Source: Candidatus Xenobia bacterium
GTDB lineage: Bacteria > Vulcanimicrobiota > Xenobia > Xenobiales > QWHO01
Assembly: GCA_045863235.1 (NCBI GenBank)
Contig: BTUM01000015.1
Location: 1 to 64,000 of the forward strand
Length of the DNA stretch: 64,000 nucleotides
Direction of reading: 5' to 3'
The notes beneath the pieces are model-generated. The model was given only the letters and a program-made list of their open reading frames with translations, had not been told where the DNA came from and searched no databases. This document shows, in pieces, positions 47,872 to 57,641 of this stretch (its first letter is position 1; every line of letters begins with the position of its first letter). The translations under genes were made by a program, and so were the position numbers.

Positions 47872-48618
47872 TTAGACCCGCTCGATCAGCCGGCGGGCCG
47901 CCTGCAGGATGGCCTCGGGACCTGTCTCGAGCAGGCAGTCGACGCTGCTGAGCCAGCCCGCCTCGCTGCAGGCGGCCACCAGCTCGCCCGGCCAGCAGAG
48001 CCCCAACGCTCCCACTGTCAGCAGGCGCCCGTCCGAGCGGCGCAGCGAGTCTTCCCAGGCGGTCAGCCGCAGGGGTTGCAGCTCGACCGGCACCAGCAGC
48101 TCGCAGCCCGGCAGGTGGGCCAGAAGCGCAATGCATGTGGCTGCATCCGGTCCGGTGCAGCTGAGCGTCAGTGAGGGAGGGCCGGGCGCGCGGATCAGCC
48201 GGGTAGGGTAGGGGAAGGGCTCGGCGCAGCTGTCCAGGCCCAGCTCGAGCTGCAGCGGCTGCTCGAGCAGCTCGGGGGGCTCGTAGAGCACCACCGTCTG
48301 CTCGTCCTCGCGGGCGGCCGTCAGCAGGATCGACTCGGCATCGTGCAGCGGGCTCAGGCAGAGCACCCGCACTTGAGGCAGCCCGGCCAGCGCTCCCAGG
48401 GCGGCCAGTTGGGAGGTGCGCACCACCAGCCTGCCCGGACCCTCGCCCAGGGCTCGCAGCAATCGATCGAGGGGATCGCGAGGGCGAACGACAGGCGCCG
48501 CCAGCACGTCCAGGTGCACCACCAGCGTTCGCGTGCTTTCGCGCAGACTGGCCTCGGCTCGAGCCAGACCCGCCCGAAGCGGCTCGCCATGCGCGCTGGT
48601 TCCAGGAACCTGGTTCAA
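47872..48618 (-). CDS. degenerate 2-oxoacid dehydrogenase E1-beta/transketolase C-terminal-like protein
   Basis: VVLYEP..L, ELQPL and GRLLTV...GEL.A patterns; N-terminal domain eroded; start uncertain. Confidence 0.5.
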   Translation of the reverse strand: MNQVPGTSAHGEPLRAGLARAEASLRESTRTLVVHLDVLAAPVVRPRDPLDRLLRALGEGPGRLVVRTSQLAALGALAGLPQVRVLCLSPLHDAESILLTAAREDEQTVVLYEPPELLEQPLQLELGLDSCAEPFPYPTRLIRAPGPPSLTLSCTGPDAATCIALLAHLPGCELLVPVELQPLRLTAWEDSLRRSDGRLLTVGALGLCWPGELVAACSEAGWLSSVDCLLETGPEAILQAARRLIERV

Positions 48619-48637
48619 AGTCTCCTCCCGAAACGAA

Positions 48638-48663
48638 GAATCCCCCGCCGGGGCGGGGGATTC
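48638..48663. terminator. GC-rich hairpin after the thioredoxin gene
   Basis: GAATCCCCCGCC...GGCGGGGGATTC. Confidence 0.6.
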
Positions 48664-48689
48664 TCGATCGATAGCCCCGCCGGGAGAAA

Positions 48690-49139
48690 CTACTTCTTCT
48701 TGAGCATCTTCTCGGCGTTCTTGGTCCACACCGAGGGACCGCCCTGGTCGTAGCCGTACTGGCCCAGCACGTCCCCCTTGGCGTTCACGAACAGAATGGT
48801 GGGGTAGCCCTCGATCCCGTACTTCTCCGACAGAGCCGCATTCTGCTTCTTCAGCTCGGCGCTCTGGGGCTTGCTCTGGGGAAAGTCGATCTCCAGCAGG
48901 ACCACGTTCTTCTTGGCCCAGGCCGCGAATTCCGGTGTATCGAAGACCTCTTTCTTCAGCTTGATGCACCAGCCGCACCAGTCGCTGCCGGTGAAGTCGA
49001 TCAGGATCGGTTTACCCGACTTCTTGGACTGCTTGGCCGCTTCGTCCCAGGAGGTCAGCCAGTCTCCCTCGGCGCGCGCGGTGGCGCCCAAGAGCAAGCT
49101 CAGGCTCAAGGTCAGGACTATGACAGACAGCTTGCGCAT
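48690..49139 (-). CDS. exported thioredoxin-fold protein
   Basis: Signal peptide; FTGSDWCGWC and GYPT motifs. Confidence 0.9.
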   Translation of the reverse strand: MRKLSVIVLTLSLSLLLGATARAEGDWLTSWDEAAKQSKKSGKPILIDFTGSDWCGWCIKLKKEVFDTPEFAAWAKKNVVLLEIDFPQSKPQSAELKKQNAALSEKYGIEGYPTILFVNAKGDVLGQYGYDQGGPSVWTKNAEKMLKKK

Positions 49140-49241
49140 ACGTTTTGTATCGTCTCCTTTGGTTGTTCCGGCCTTCGTTTTCGGCACCTTGGGTCGGCCC
49201 CCTGTTCAACCGGCGGGGGGTCGAAGAGTTTCGCCCTGAAG

Positions 49242-49553
49242 TCAGACCTGAACCTGGACCTTGCCGTTCTCGACTCGGGTGGGGTAGGCGCGCACACACT
49301 CGCCCGGAATGTCCAGGCACTCGCCGGTGTCGACGTTGAACTGCCAACCGTGCCAGGGGCAGCTCACGACCCCCCCGCCGTCCAGATCGCCCTCGCCCAG
49401 CGGCCCTCCCTGGTGACAGCACTCGTCATCCAGAGCCTTCACCTGGCCACCGTGCAGAAACAGCGCGTAAACGTGGCCGTCGGGCCCCTTGATGCTTTTG
49501 CCCTGGCCTTCGGTCAGCTGATCCAGGGCCACCAGCTCAATCCACTCACTCAT
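49242..49553 (-). CDS. Rieske [2Fe-2S] ferredoxin
   Basis: CCHQGGPL...CPWHGWQF. Confidence 0.92.
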   Translation of the reverse strand: MSEWIELVALDQLTEGQGKSIKGPDGHVYALFLHGGQVKALDDECCHQGGPLGEGDLDGGGVVSCPWHGWQFNVDTGECLDIPGECVRAYPTRVENGKVQVQV

Positions 49554-49697
49554 AGCGGGCCACGCGTTCGCAGCCGGAGCGCGGCCTCCCTGCCGGAACC
49601 TTGCTCCCGCGGTTGCTCGGGTCCGCCGGGGCCGAAAAGAGGAGTTCTGGCGCCTCTGGCAAAGGCCTCGACCAGCACAATAGTTGAGAAAAATTCT

Positions 49698-50033
49698 ATG
49701 TCGGGGGCTCCCACAATGGTTCACAACGTCGTCGCCACAACCTTTTACAAGCTCGAGTGCAACTGCTACCAGTGCAGCCGGCCGCTCGAGTGCTCGGTGT
49801 GCGATCTTCTCGAAGAGAATCCGTGGAAACTGGTCCCCGAGGAGCTGCGTCGGTTGCGCGACGAGCTTGTCTGCGAGCAGCTGGCCGGATCGGCCGGAGA
49901 AACAGGGGCGGCCGTTTGCCCCAACTGCGATCTGTTGGTAGGCTGCCACCATTGCCGGCTGGAGGCCCCGGTCCACCTGGAGCAGGTGGACGAGCGGGCC
50001 AGGCGGCGTCGGCCCGGTCGGTCGGCCGCCTGA
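49698..50033 (+). CDS. small Cys-rich putative zinc-binding protein
   Basis: CYQC, CSVC, CPNC and CHHC; start 49698 or 49716. Confidence 0.65.
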   Translation: MSGAPTMVHNVVATTFYKLECNCYQCSRPLECSVCDLLEENPWKLVPEELRRLRDELVCEQLAGSAGETGAAVCPNCDLLVGCHHCRLEAPVHLEQVDERARRRRPGRSAA

Positions 50034-50044
50034 GTTCCGGCGGC

Positions 50045-50677
50045 TCAGCCTTTGAGCAGGCCCATCTTGCGCAGGTCGACCAGCAGCTGGGTCGGGCTGG
50101 AGAAGAGCACCGCCTGCCAGCCCGCTGAGCGGGCCCCTTCGCAATTGTCCTCCCGATCGTCCACCAGCAGGCACTGCTTGGGCTTGAGCTTGGCCAGCTG
50201 AGCGGCCAGCTTGTAGATCTCCTTCTCAGGCTTGCGCAGACCCACCTGACAGGAGAGCACACAGGGTCGAAAAGGCTGGTAAGCCCCCAGATCGTGCAAC
50301 ACCTTGACGTGGTCGATGATGGTGTTGCTCAGGGCCGCAACCGTGTAACCACGCTTGCTGAGGTTCCAGCAGAAGGTGAGCATGTCCTCATCCAGTTTAG
50401 CGGTGGCCCGCATGGTGTCGCGCCACAGCCAGCGACATTCGTCCCCTTCGGGCGGACGGCCCTGGCCCGCTCGCCACAGGTTCTCGCCCACCTGCTTCCA
50501 GAACTTCTGCGTGTCGATCTTGCCCCGCTCGAGCTCAGGGACCAGGGCCAGCACCTCGCGTCGGACGGCGGTCGGGCTGCTCTGCAGAAGGCCAGCTCCG
50601 ACCAGCATCCAGCGATCCATGTCGGCATGCACGATCACGCCCCCAATGTCGAAGAAGAAGCCCTTGACGCTGCTCAC
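50045..50677 (-). CDS. HAD-family phosphatase
   Basis: FDIGGV, LSNT, RKPE and VDDREDN motifs. Confidence 0.9.
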   Translation of the reverse strand: MSSVKGFFFDIGGVIVHADMDRWMLVGAGLLQSSPTAVRREVLALVPELERGKIDTQKFWKQVGENLWRAGQGRPPEGDECRWLWRDTMRATAKLDEDMLTFCWNLSKRGYTVAALSNTIIDHVKVLHDLGAYQPFRPCVLSCQVGLRKPEKEIYKLAAQLAKLKPKQCLLVDDREDNCEGARSAGWQAVLFSSPTQLLVDLRKMGLLKG

Positions 50678-50736
50678 CGGGCCTCTCTTTGCCGGCCCGA
50701 GGCAGGATCCTGGCGGCTGCGACAGAACGCGCGCTG

Positions 50737-51207
50737 GTGCGTTACGAGCTGGAGGTCGATCAGGTCCCCTGTACGGTCGAGATCGCCACGGGTCAGGTGC
50801 GGCTGAATGGCCGCGAGCTGCACGTGGACGACCGTCCCGGCCACCTGCTGCTTGGCACCCGCTCGGTGGCCTACCAGGTGGTGCGCAACCCGGATGGCAC
50901 CCCTCGGGCCGTGGTCCTGCTCGGCAAGGTGATCCCCGTGCGCTACCTGCGCGAGGGACAGAGCCGCCAGCGGCGCGAGGGGGCCAGCGACGGAACGGTG
51001 AAAGCCCCGATGAATGGAGTGGTGGTCCGGATGCTCGCTCATGCTGGCGAGGCTGTGAAAGCCGGCCAGGTGGTGCTGGTGCTGGAAGCCATGAAGATGG
51101 AGAACGAGGTCGCCGCGCCGGTGGCCGGCCGGCTCACCGAGGTGGCTGTCCAGGCTGGCCAGACGGTCAACCCCGGCGAGCCGCTCTTTACGGTAGGAAA
51201 GGATTGA
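50737..51207 (+). CDS. biotin carboxyl carrier protein
   Basis: APMNG...[10 protein letters not shown]. Confidence 0.9.
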   Translation: MRYELEVDQVPCTVEIATGQVRLNGRELHVDDRPGHLLLGTRSVAYQVVRNPDGTPRAVVLLGKVIPVRYLREGQSRQRREGASDGTVKAPMNGVVVRMLAHAGEAVKAGQVVLVLEAMKMENEVAAPVAGRLTEVAVQAGQTVNPGEPLFTVGKD

Positions 51208-51214
51208 ACAGACC

Positions 51215-52474
51215 ATGGCAGTCGATGTAGCCCGCTATCCCGAGCCCCAGCTCAGTCCGAGGGTGAAGCCCCGCCGATCCCGCCCCGACCTGGCCCAGCC
51301 GGTCATCGTGTCGGCCGTGCGGACGCCTATCGGGCGCTTTCTGGGGGGACTGTCCGAGTTGACCGCTCCGCGGCTGGGGTCGGTGGCTATCCAGGCGGCC
51401 CTGCAGAAGGCGGGTCTTTCCAGCGACCAGGTGGACGAGGTCATCATGGGCAATGTGCTGGGCGCCGGCGTGGGTCAGAATCCCGCCCGCCAGGCCACGA
51501 TCCTGGCCGGATTGGACAGCTCCACCCCGGCCATGACCATCAACAAGGTCTGTGCCTCGGGTCTGAAAGCCATCGTGCTGGCCAGTCAGGCCATCCGTTG
51601 CGGGGATGCCGAGGTGGTCGTCGCGGGTGGCATGGAGTCGATGTCGAAGGCCCCCTACCTGCTTGACCGGGCCCGCACCGGCTATCGACTCGGACACGGA
51701 CAACTGCTCGACTCGATGATCTGTGACGGCCTCTGGGACTGCTACTACGATTTCCACATGGGCAACACCGGCGAGCTGGTGGCGGAGCGCTACCGTCTGA
51801 GCCGCTCCGAGCAGGACGAATACGCTTACCACAGTCACCGCAAAGCGATCGAGGCCCAGAAGGCAGGTCGGTTCGAGGCTGAGATCGTGCCGGTGGAGGT
51901 GCCCGGCAAGAAAGAGCCTACCCGGGTGGTGAGTGACGAGTCGCCGCGGCCGGATACCAGCCCCGAGACCCTGGCCAAGCTCAAGCCCGCTTTCGTGCAG
52001 GGAGGCACGGTCACGGCTGGAAACGCCCCTTCCGTCAACGACGGGGCGGCCGCGCTGGTGGTGATGGCCGAGAGCCGGGCTCAGGAGCTGGGCCTCAAAC
52101 CCCTGGCCCGGGTGCTGGACGCCTTCAGCTCGGGGGTGGACCCGGCCTGGGTGATGCTGACTCCGGTGCCGGCCGTACGCGGTCTCTTGGGGCGCAATCC
52201 CGATTGGAAGCTCAACGACTTCGATCTGATCGAGCTCAACGAGGCTTTCTCGGTGCAGGCCCTGGCCGTCCAGAAGGAGCTGAGCCTCGACCCCGCCCGG
52301 ATCAACGTGAACGGGGGCGCCGTGGCGCTGGGTCATCCCATCGGAGCCTCGGGCGCACGGATCGTGGTCACCTTGCTGCACGCTCTGCAAGCACGCGGAG
52401 GCGGGCGTGGTCTGGCCACGCTCTGCCTGGGAGGCGGTAATGGCGTGGCGGTGGCTTTTGAAAGCGTGAGTTGA
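51215..52474 (+). CDS. acetyl-CoA C-acetyltransferase (thiolase)
   Basis: [19 protein letters not shown] and CLGGG motifs. Confidence 0.95.
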   Translation: MAVDVARYPEPQLSPRVKPRRSRPDLAQPVIVSAVRTPIGRFLGGLSELTAPRLGSVAIQAALQKAGLSSDQVDEVIMGNVLGAGVGQNPARQATILAGLDSSTPAMTINKVCASGLKAIVLASQAIRCGDAEVVVAGGMESMSKAPYLLDRARTGYRLGHGQLLDSMICDGLWDCYYDFHMGNTGELVAERYRLSRSEQDEYAYHSHRKAIEAQKAGRFEAEIVPVEVPGKKEPTRVVSDESPRPDTSPETLAKLKPAFVQGGTVTAGNAPSVNDGAAALVVMAESRAQELGLKPLARVLDAFSSGVDPAWVMLTPVPAVRGLLGRNPDWKLNDFDLIELNEAFSVQALAVQKELSLDPARINVNGGAVALGHPIGASGARIVVTLLHALQARGGGRGLATLCLGGGNGVAVAFESVS

Positions 52475-52517
52475 AGGAACCGGGCACGGCGAGAAGAACT
52501 AACGCCGCGCCCAAGCC

Positions 52518-53351
52518 GTGTTCTTTAATCTCTTCAAGAAGCCGCCGCCCGACCCGGGGGACGAGCCGGAGCCCAAGGCTTCGGCCGACCTGAGTTGGGC
52601 CGGCGAGGTGACGACCCCCCCGCCCCGGCCTCCCACCTCCTCGTTGCCCCCCGCCACTCTGCCCGAGTCGCGCCACCGCACCTCCCATCCAAATATCCCT
52701 GCCTTGCTGCGCGGCGGCCTGACGGTCAAGCTGGCCCCCGAGCGCCAGCCGGGCACTCCCCGCACCTGGGACTCGCGCATTGCTCGCCTGGACCAGGAAG
52801 GCTTCTGGGTGACCCAGGAAAAGGACCCCGATTCCTATCTGGTCAAGGAAGGAGATACCATGACCGTGGTGGTCGTGGAGCAAGGCGAGCGACACATCTT
52901 CGACTGTCCCGTGCTCCGCGTCGAGCATACTCCGGGCAACAACCGCCCCAACGAAGTGTTGCTTGCGCCCCCGGTCCAGAGGAACAAAGAGTTCTCCAGC
53001 AGCACGGGGCAGGGCAAGCGAAAGCACCTGCGCATTCAGGCCGACCTGCCCGGCGAGTGTCGCGAGGTGCGCCCCGACCACGAGTTGGGCCCACCGCTCA
53101 GCATTCACACCATCAATGTCAGCCTGAGCGGACTGGCGTTCAGCTGCAACCGCAACTTCGACACCACCCGGGAGGTGGAGATTCGCCTGCTGGCCTGGAA
53201 GTTTCCGCTCCACCTGCGGGCGACCGTGGTGCGCTCGATCCGTCAGCAGGATGGCACCTTTCTGGTCGCCATCCACTTCCCACCTGACATCTCGCCTATT
53301 ACGCGCGACTTGATCTCTCAGTTCATCCTCGACAATCAGCGCTCGCGCTGA
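52518..53351 (+). CDS. YcgR-like PilZN-PilZ protein
   Basis: RKHLR and NVSLSG motifs; Pro-rich N-terminus. Confidence 0.78.
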   Translation: MFFNLFKKPPPDPGDEPEPKASADLSWAGEVTTPPPRPPTSSLPPATLPESRHRTSHPNIPALLRGGLTVKLAPERQPGTPRTWDSRIARLDQEGFWVTQEKDPDSYLVKEGDTMTVVVVEQGERHIFDCPVLRVEHTPGNNRPNEVLLAPPVQRNKEFSSSTGQGKRKHLRIQADLPGECREVRPDHELGPPLSIHTINVSLSGLAFSCNRNFDTTREVEIRLLAWKFPLHLRATVVRSIRQQDGTFLVAIHFPPDISPITRDLISQFILDNQRSR

Positions 53352-53405
53352 AGGATCTGGCCGGCGCGCAAAAGAAGAGCGGGCGCCCGTAAGGAGCTTT
53401 TTCCC

Positions 53406-54278
53406 ATGCAAGTCGATACCGTCGCCGTCATCGGCTCGGGTACCATGGGCAGCGGCATCGCCCAGGTCTTCGCCCAGAGCGGCTATACCGTCCACCTCAT
53501 CGACGCCTCCGAGGCCGCTCTCGAGCGGGCTCGCAAAGGCATTCAGGCCAGCCTGGACAAGCTGGTCTCCAAGGGAGTGTTGAGCGATGCCGCCGGCCCC
53601 CTGGGCCGCCTTCAGTTCACCCCCCACCTCAAGCAGGCTGCCGGAGCCCAGCTGGTGGTGGAGGCAGTCTTCGAGGATCCGGCCGTCAAGGAAGGCGTTT
53701 TTCGCGAACTGGCCGGAGTCTGCCCCCCCGAGACAGTGTTGGCCTCCAACACCTCCTCCATCTCCATCACCCGCCTGGCGGCCGCTTCCGGGCGCGCCGA
53801 ACGGTTCATGGGGATGCACTTCATGAATCCTGTTCCGCTGATGAAGCTGGTGGAGCTGATTCCGGGAGAGCGCACGGCTCCCGAGGTGCGCAGCCTCGTG
53901 GTGGAGCTGTGCCACAAGCTTGGCAAGACGCCGGTGGAGTGCTCCGACTTCCCTGGCTTTCTCTCCAATCGCATCCTGATGCCCATGATCAACGAGGCGG
54001 TATTCTGCCTGATGGAGGGCGTGGGCGCTCCCGAAGCCATCGACACCGTGATGAAGCTGGGCATGAACCATCCGATGGGGCCGCTGGCCCTGGCCGACCT
54101 GATCGGCCTGGATGTCTGCCTGCACATCATGCAGGTGCTGCACGAGGGGCTGGGCGACAAATACCGTCCCTGCCCGCTGCTGCGTCGGATGGTCGAGGCT
54201 GGCAAGCTGGGCAAGAAGTCCGGCTGCGGTTTTTACGACTATGCCCCCAAACCCGTCACGGCTGGAGCCCCTGCATGA
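53406..54278 (+). CDS. hbd: 3-hydroxybutyryl-CoA dehydrogenase
   Basis: GSGTMGSGIA, ASNTSS, GMHFMNP and HPMGPL motifs. Confidence 0.94.
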   Translation: MQVDTVAVIGSGTMGSGIAQVFAQSGYTVHLIDASEAALERARKGIQASLDKLVSKGVLSDAAGPLGRLQFTPHLKQAAGAQLVVEAVFEDPAVKEGVFRELAGVCPPETVLASNTSSISITRLAAASGRAERFMGMHFMNPVPLMKLVELIPGERTAPEVRSLVVELCHKLGKTPVECSDFPGFLSNRILMPMINEAVFCLMEGVGAPEAIDTVMKLGMNHPMGPLALADLIGLDVCLHIMQVLHEGLGDKYRPCPLLRRMVEAGKLGKKSGCGFYDYAPKPVTAGAPA

Positions 54279-55303
54279 GAATCACCGCCTCCACTCCCAC
54301 TCGCATCGATCTGGCCGGCGGCACGCTGGACCTCTATCCTCTCTTCTTGTTCGAGCCCCGCAGCCTGACTGTCAACGCCGGGATCAGCCTCCGCTCCCAC
54401 GTGACACTGGAGGAGCTTCCTGGCACGAAGGTGCGCATCCGCTCGCAAGACTTCGATCGCCAGGTGGAGGCTGACAGCCCCGCCCAACTCGACCCGCACG
54501 GCGAGTTGGGCTTGCTCTCACTGGCGGTTCAGCACTATCTGCCCGGGGGCGGGGTGGCGGTGACCACGCGCAACACGGCTCCCCGCGGCTCGGGTCTGGG
54601 GGCCTCCTCCAGCCTGCTGATGGCCCTCTCGGCGGCGCTTTGCAAGAAGGCCGGTCGCGACCTCTCCCGCGAGGAGATCATCCGCATCGGCTCGGGCCTG
54701 GAGGCTCGCAGCCTGGGCATTCCAACCGGCTTGCAGGACTACTTCGGGGCCATGTTCGGCGGCTTCCAGGCGCTGCGCTTCGACGCCGAGGGTAGCCACC
54801 GCGAGAGCCTGGAGTTCTCGCCGGCCTTCTGGCAAGAGCTCGAGCAGGCGGTGGTCGTATCGTTCACGGGGGTGAGCCACTTCTCGGGCACCTCCAACTG
54901 GAACATGCTCAAGCGCTACATCGAGAAGGAAGGCGACACGGTGGCCCGCATGCGGGCAATCGCCGAGACGGCCTGGGAGTTGAAGGCCGCCCTGCAGGCT
55001 CAGGATCTGGCCCAGGTGGCCCGGGCGCTGGGGCGCGAGTGGGAGAACCGAAAGGGCCTGGCCGAGGGAGTGACCACCGCTGAGATCGATGCCATGATCG
55101 CCGTCGCCGCCGAGGCCGGGGCCCTGGCCTCGAAAATCTGCGGAGCCGGTGGAGGAGGATGCCTGCTGACACTGGCTCCTCCCAGCGCCAGGGCGGCCGT
55201 GACACAGGCTTTGACAGGGGCGGGGGCGCAGGTGATGGACGTCAAGCTCGACCCGCAGGGGCTCACGCTGGAGACCGACGTCCCATCGCCGGCGCATGGC
55301 TGA
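54275..55303 (+). CDS. GHMP-family sugar kinase (HddA-like)
   Basis: PTRIDLAGGTLD, PRGSGLGASS and KICGAGGGG motifs. Confidence 0.88.
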   Translation: MRITASTPTRIDLAGGTLDLYPLFLFEPRSLTVNAGISLRSHVTLEELPGTKVRIRSQDFDRQVEADSPAQLDPHGELGLLSLAVQHYLPGGGVAVTTRNTAPRGSGLGASSSLLMALSAALCKKAGRDLSREEIIRIGSGLEARSLGIPTGLQDYFGAMFGGFQALRFDAEGSHRESLEFSPAFWQELEQAVVVSFTGVSHFSGTSNWNMLKRYIEKEGDTVARMRAIAETAWELKAALQAQDLAQVARALGREWENRKGLAEGVTTAEIDAMIAVAAEAGALASKICGAGGGGCLLTLAPPSARAAVTQALTGAGAQVMDVKLDPQGLTLETDVPSPAHG

Positions 55304-56105
55304 CGACGCCGACGTCGAGCTCGACGAGCCAACCCTGGGCAATCGAAGCCTGTCGGTGGCGCTGGGCGTGCTGGTGGTGCTCTCGCTGCTCGTCCTGGGC
55401 TACTACTACCGGCGCCCGGCCGACAGCGAGGCGATCGTGCTGGCTTCGCCCTCCGCCCGCCCTTCGCCGAGCCCCTCGCGGCGAGAGTTGCCGCCCGTGC
55501 CCGAGCCATCGGGCACCATCAAGGTCTACGTGGCAGGCGAGGTCCGCAAGCCGGGAGTGGTGGCCCTGCCTGCCGGCAGTCGGGTGGAGGACGCCCTGGC
55601 CAAAGCCGGGGGCATGACCCCGCGGGCCGATCCTCTGGCCATCAACCTGGCCTCGCGGGTCAAGGACGAGCAGATGATCGTGGTGCCGGCTCGGGGCCAG
55701 GCGGACGCCTCCCCGGTCGAGGTGCAGCCCTCGATTGCCCCCGATCAGAACGAACCGCAAGCGCAGGGGCCCGGACCCGAGCCGGACCCCTCCGAAACGG
55801 CCGCCGAGCCGGGAGGCGAGCCCCCGGCTCCGCCCGAGTCATCCCCGCCTGCGCCGGGCCCCCAGTCTCAGACCGACTGGAGCCAGTACATCAACCAGAA
55901 GCCTTCCGACAGCGTGGCCAGGGTCAGCCTGAACAAAGGCACCCGCGGTGAGCTCGAGTCGGTGCCAGGCATCGGCCCGAGCTCGGCGGCAGCCATCCTG
56001 GAGTATCGCAAGAAGCAGCGCTTCACCTCGGTGGACGATCTGCTCAAAGTGCCCGGGATCAAGGAGAAGAAGCTCGAAGGGATTCGTCCCTACGTGGATC
56101 TCTGA
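55296..56105 (+). CDS. comEA: ComEA-family DNA-binding protein
   Basis: TM helix, SLBB domain (VYVAGEV.KPG), C-terminal HhH pair (VPGIG). Confidence 0.9.
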   Translation: MADDADVELDEPTLGNRSLSVALGVLVVLSLLVLGYYYRRPADSEAIVLASPSARPSPSPSRRELPPVPEPSGTIKVYVAGEVRKPGVVALPAGSRVEDALAKAGGMTPRADPLAINLASRVKDEQMIVVPARGQADASPVEVQPSIAPDQNEPQAQGPGPEPDPSETAAEPGGEPPAPPESSPPAPGPQSQTDWSQYINQKPSDSVARVSLNKGTRGELESVPGIGPSSAAAILEYRKKQRFTSVDDLLKVPGIKEKKLEGIRPYVDL

Positions 56106-56173
56106 GCCGCCAGGATGAGGGGACGAGGGCTTCGCGACGAAGTGGAATCAGTCGTTACCAGGACACCAGGAGG

Positions 56174-56398
56174 ATGAGCGTGAGCAAGTATACCGGAATG
56201 CTGAAGAAGTCCGACCTCGAGGGCGGCGTATGGGTGTTCGTGACCGAGTCGGGCGAGCGATTTCACCTGACCGGGCTGGACGAGAAGTTGCTCAAAGATG
56301 GCCAGAAACTCGAACTGGAGGGCGACTTCGACTCCAACTCGATGGGCATCGGCATGATGGGGCCCACCCTGGCGGTGGCTCGGGCAAAGGCTCTCTGA
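56174..56398 (+). CDS. small OB-fold-like hypothetical protein
   Basis: AGGAGG upstream; DLEGGVW...G.GMMGP. Confidence 0.75.
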   Translation: MSVSKYTGMLKKSDLEGGVWVFVTESGERFHLTGLDEKLLKDGQKLELEGDFDSNSMGIGMMGPTLAVARAKAL

Positions 56399-56916
56399 CC
56401 CTGCTCCAGAACTCGCCGGAGGCCTTTCAGGCGCAGCTGCGCGAGGGTCACTACAACGAGTTGCGAGTGGCCCTGCTTTTCATGCTGCGCGGCTACCACA
56501 GCCAGATTCGCTTCACCAACGGACGCTACGACATCACCTTGATGCGAGCCGGTCAGGATGGCACGCGCTCGGTGGAGGTGAAGTGGGATAAACGAGCCTC
56601 CGAGTCGGGCAATCTCTACTTCGAAGTCGAGAACACCCGTCAGCAGAAGCCTTCCGGGGTGATGGCCACCACCGCCGACCTGTGGTGTCACGTGCTGGGG
56701 GAAGGCGAGCGAGGGCTGATTGTCAGTGTGGCCGCCTTACGTCGCTTTCTCAATGAGGGTTCCTGGCGTTCGGTGCACACCCGGGGCGCCGACTCCAACA
56801 GTCGAGGTCTTCTGGTCCCCTGGACAGCGGTCCAGGCCAGTCCAGACTTTCGCTCGGTGCGCTTGCCCACGGTAGAGGACTACTTCGGGGCTATCTTTCG
56901 GCAGGCCAGCTCCTGA
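56395..56916 (+). CDS. PD-(D/E)xK nuclease-fold protein
   Basis: E...YD...VEVKWD...SGNLYFE; probable CTG start overlapping the upstream stop. Confidence 0.65.
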   Translation: MTLLQNSPEAFQAQLREGHYNELRVALLFMLRGYHSQIRFTNGRYDITLMRAGQDGTRSVEVKWDKRASESGNLYFEVENTRQQKPSGVMATTADLWCHVLGEGERGLIVSVAALRRFLNEGSWRSVHTRGADSNSRGLLVPWTAVQASPDFRSVRLPTVEDYFGAIFRQASS

Positions 56917-57449
56917 TGCGCTGGACTCGCACCTTCTTTGTCTACGGAGTGCTCTGGCTCACCGTCATCGTCATGGTCAAGGTAGGCTACCTGGTGTTGG
57001 CCAGCTGGCTGTTCGTGGAGGCGCAGGAAAGCCTGCCCAACTTCAGCCAGAAAGTGGAGAGCCTGCAGAAGACCTACCACGACGACCGCGAGGCGCAAGC
57101 CAGGGCCCTGTTCGAGGCGATGCAGCCCATCATCGAGCAAGAGGATTGGGTCAGCATCCGGCTGCTCCTGAGCCTGGCCGTCTTTGCTCCAGTGGGCTTC
57201 CTGGCCGGCCGGCTGAGCGGGGATCCGCGTTGGGCAGGCGGGCTCCCGGTGCTGTCGCTGATCCCACCCGACCCCTCCAACCCGGCTCTTTTGCAGGATT
57301 TTCCTGGCGTGCCGGGGCCTGAGTTGAGCCTTCTGGTCGCTCTCCTGGCGGTGCAGATGATCGCGGTCAGCCTGTTCGCCTGGGGCGGAGCAGTGATCTA
57401 CTGGCGCAAGAAACGCGTACACCGCGACGAGGAGGATACCTTTCGTTAA
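56916..57449 (+). CDS. membrane hypothetical protein
   Basis: Three or more TM helices; TGATG coupling. Confidence 0.7.
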   Translation: MRWTRTFFVYGVLWLTVIVMVKVGYLVLASWLFVEAQESLPNFSQKVESLQKTYHDDREAQARALFEAMQPIIEQEDWVSIRLLLSLAVFAPVGFLAGRLSGDPRWAGGLPVLSLIPPDPSNPALLQDFPGVPGPELSLLVALLAVQMIAVSLFAWGGAVIYWRKKRVHRDEEDTFR

Positions 57450-57478
57450 CAAGCTGGATCGCTTCGGCGTGCTAGATT
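57434..57478 (+). promoter_or_regulatory. GGATAC-N5-GTTAAC-N22-TAGATT promoter motif
   Basis: Recurring architecture; GTG 6 nt downstream. Confidence 0.5.
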
Positions 57479-57641
57479 CCGCTCGTGAGCAACGAACGCA
57501 GCAAATCCCAGCGCATCCCCACGGGCCTTTTGCCCTCGCGCCGCGGCAGCGGGCCTTCCAGCTTGCCTTCTCCAGGCCGCCTGACGATCGGTCGCCTGAC
57601 CGGCGCTCCGCGTCTTCCTCGCAAGCCGTCCTCCCGCTACA

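Noticed and set aside
47872..48978. ORF-track start for a 368-aa protein
   Set aside because: The first roughly 120 codons overlap the thioredoxin gene and its hairpin; only the 3' part is plausible.
49698..50033. Possible multiheme cytochrome c
   Set aside because: No CxxCH motif and no signal peptide.
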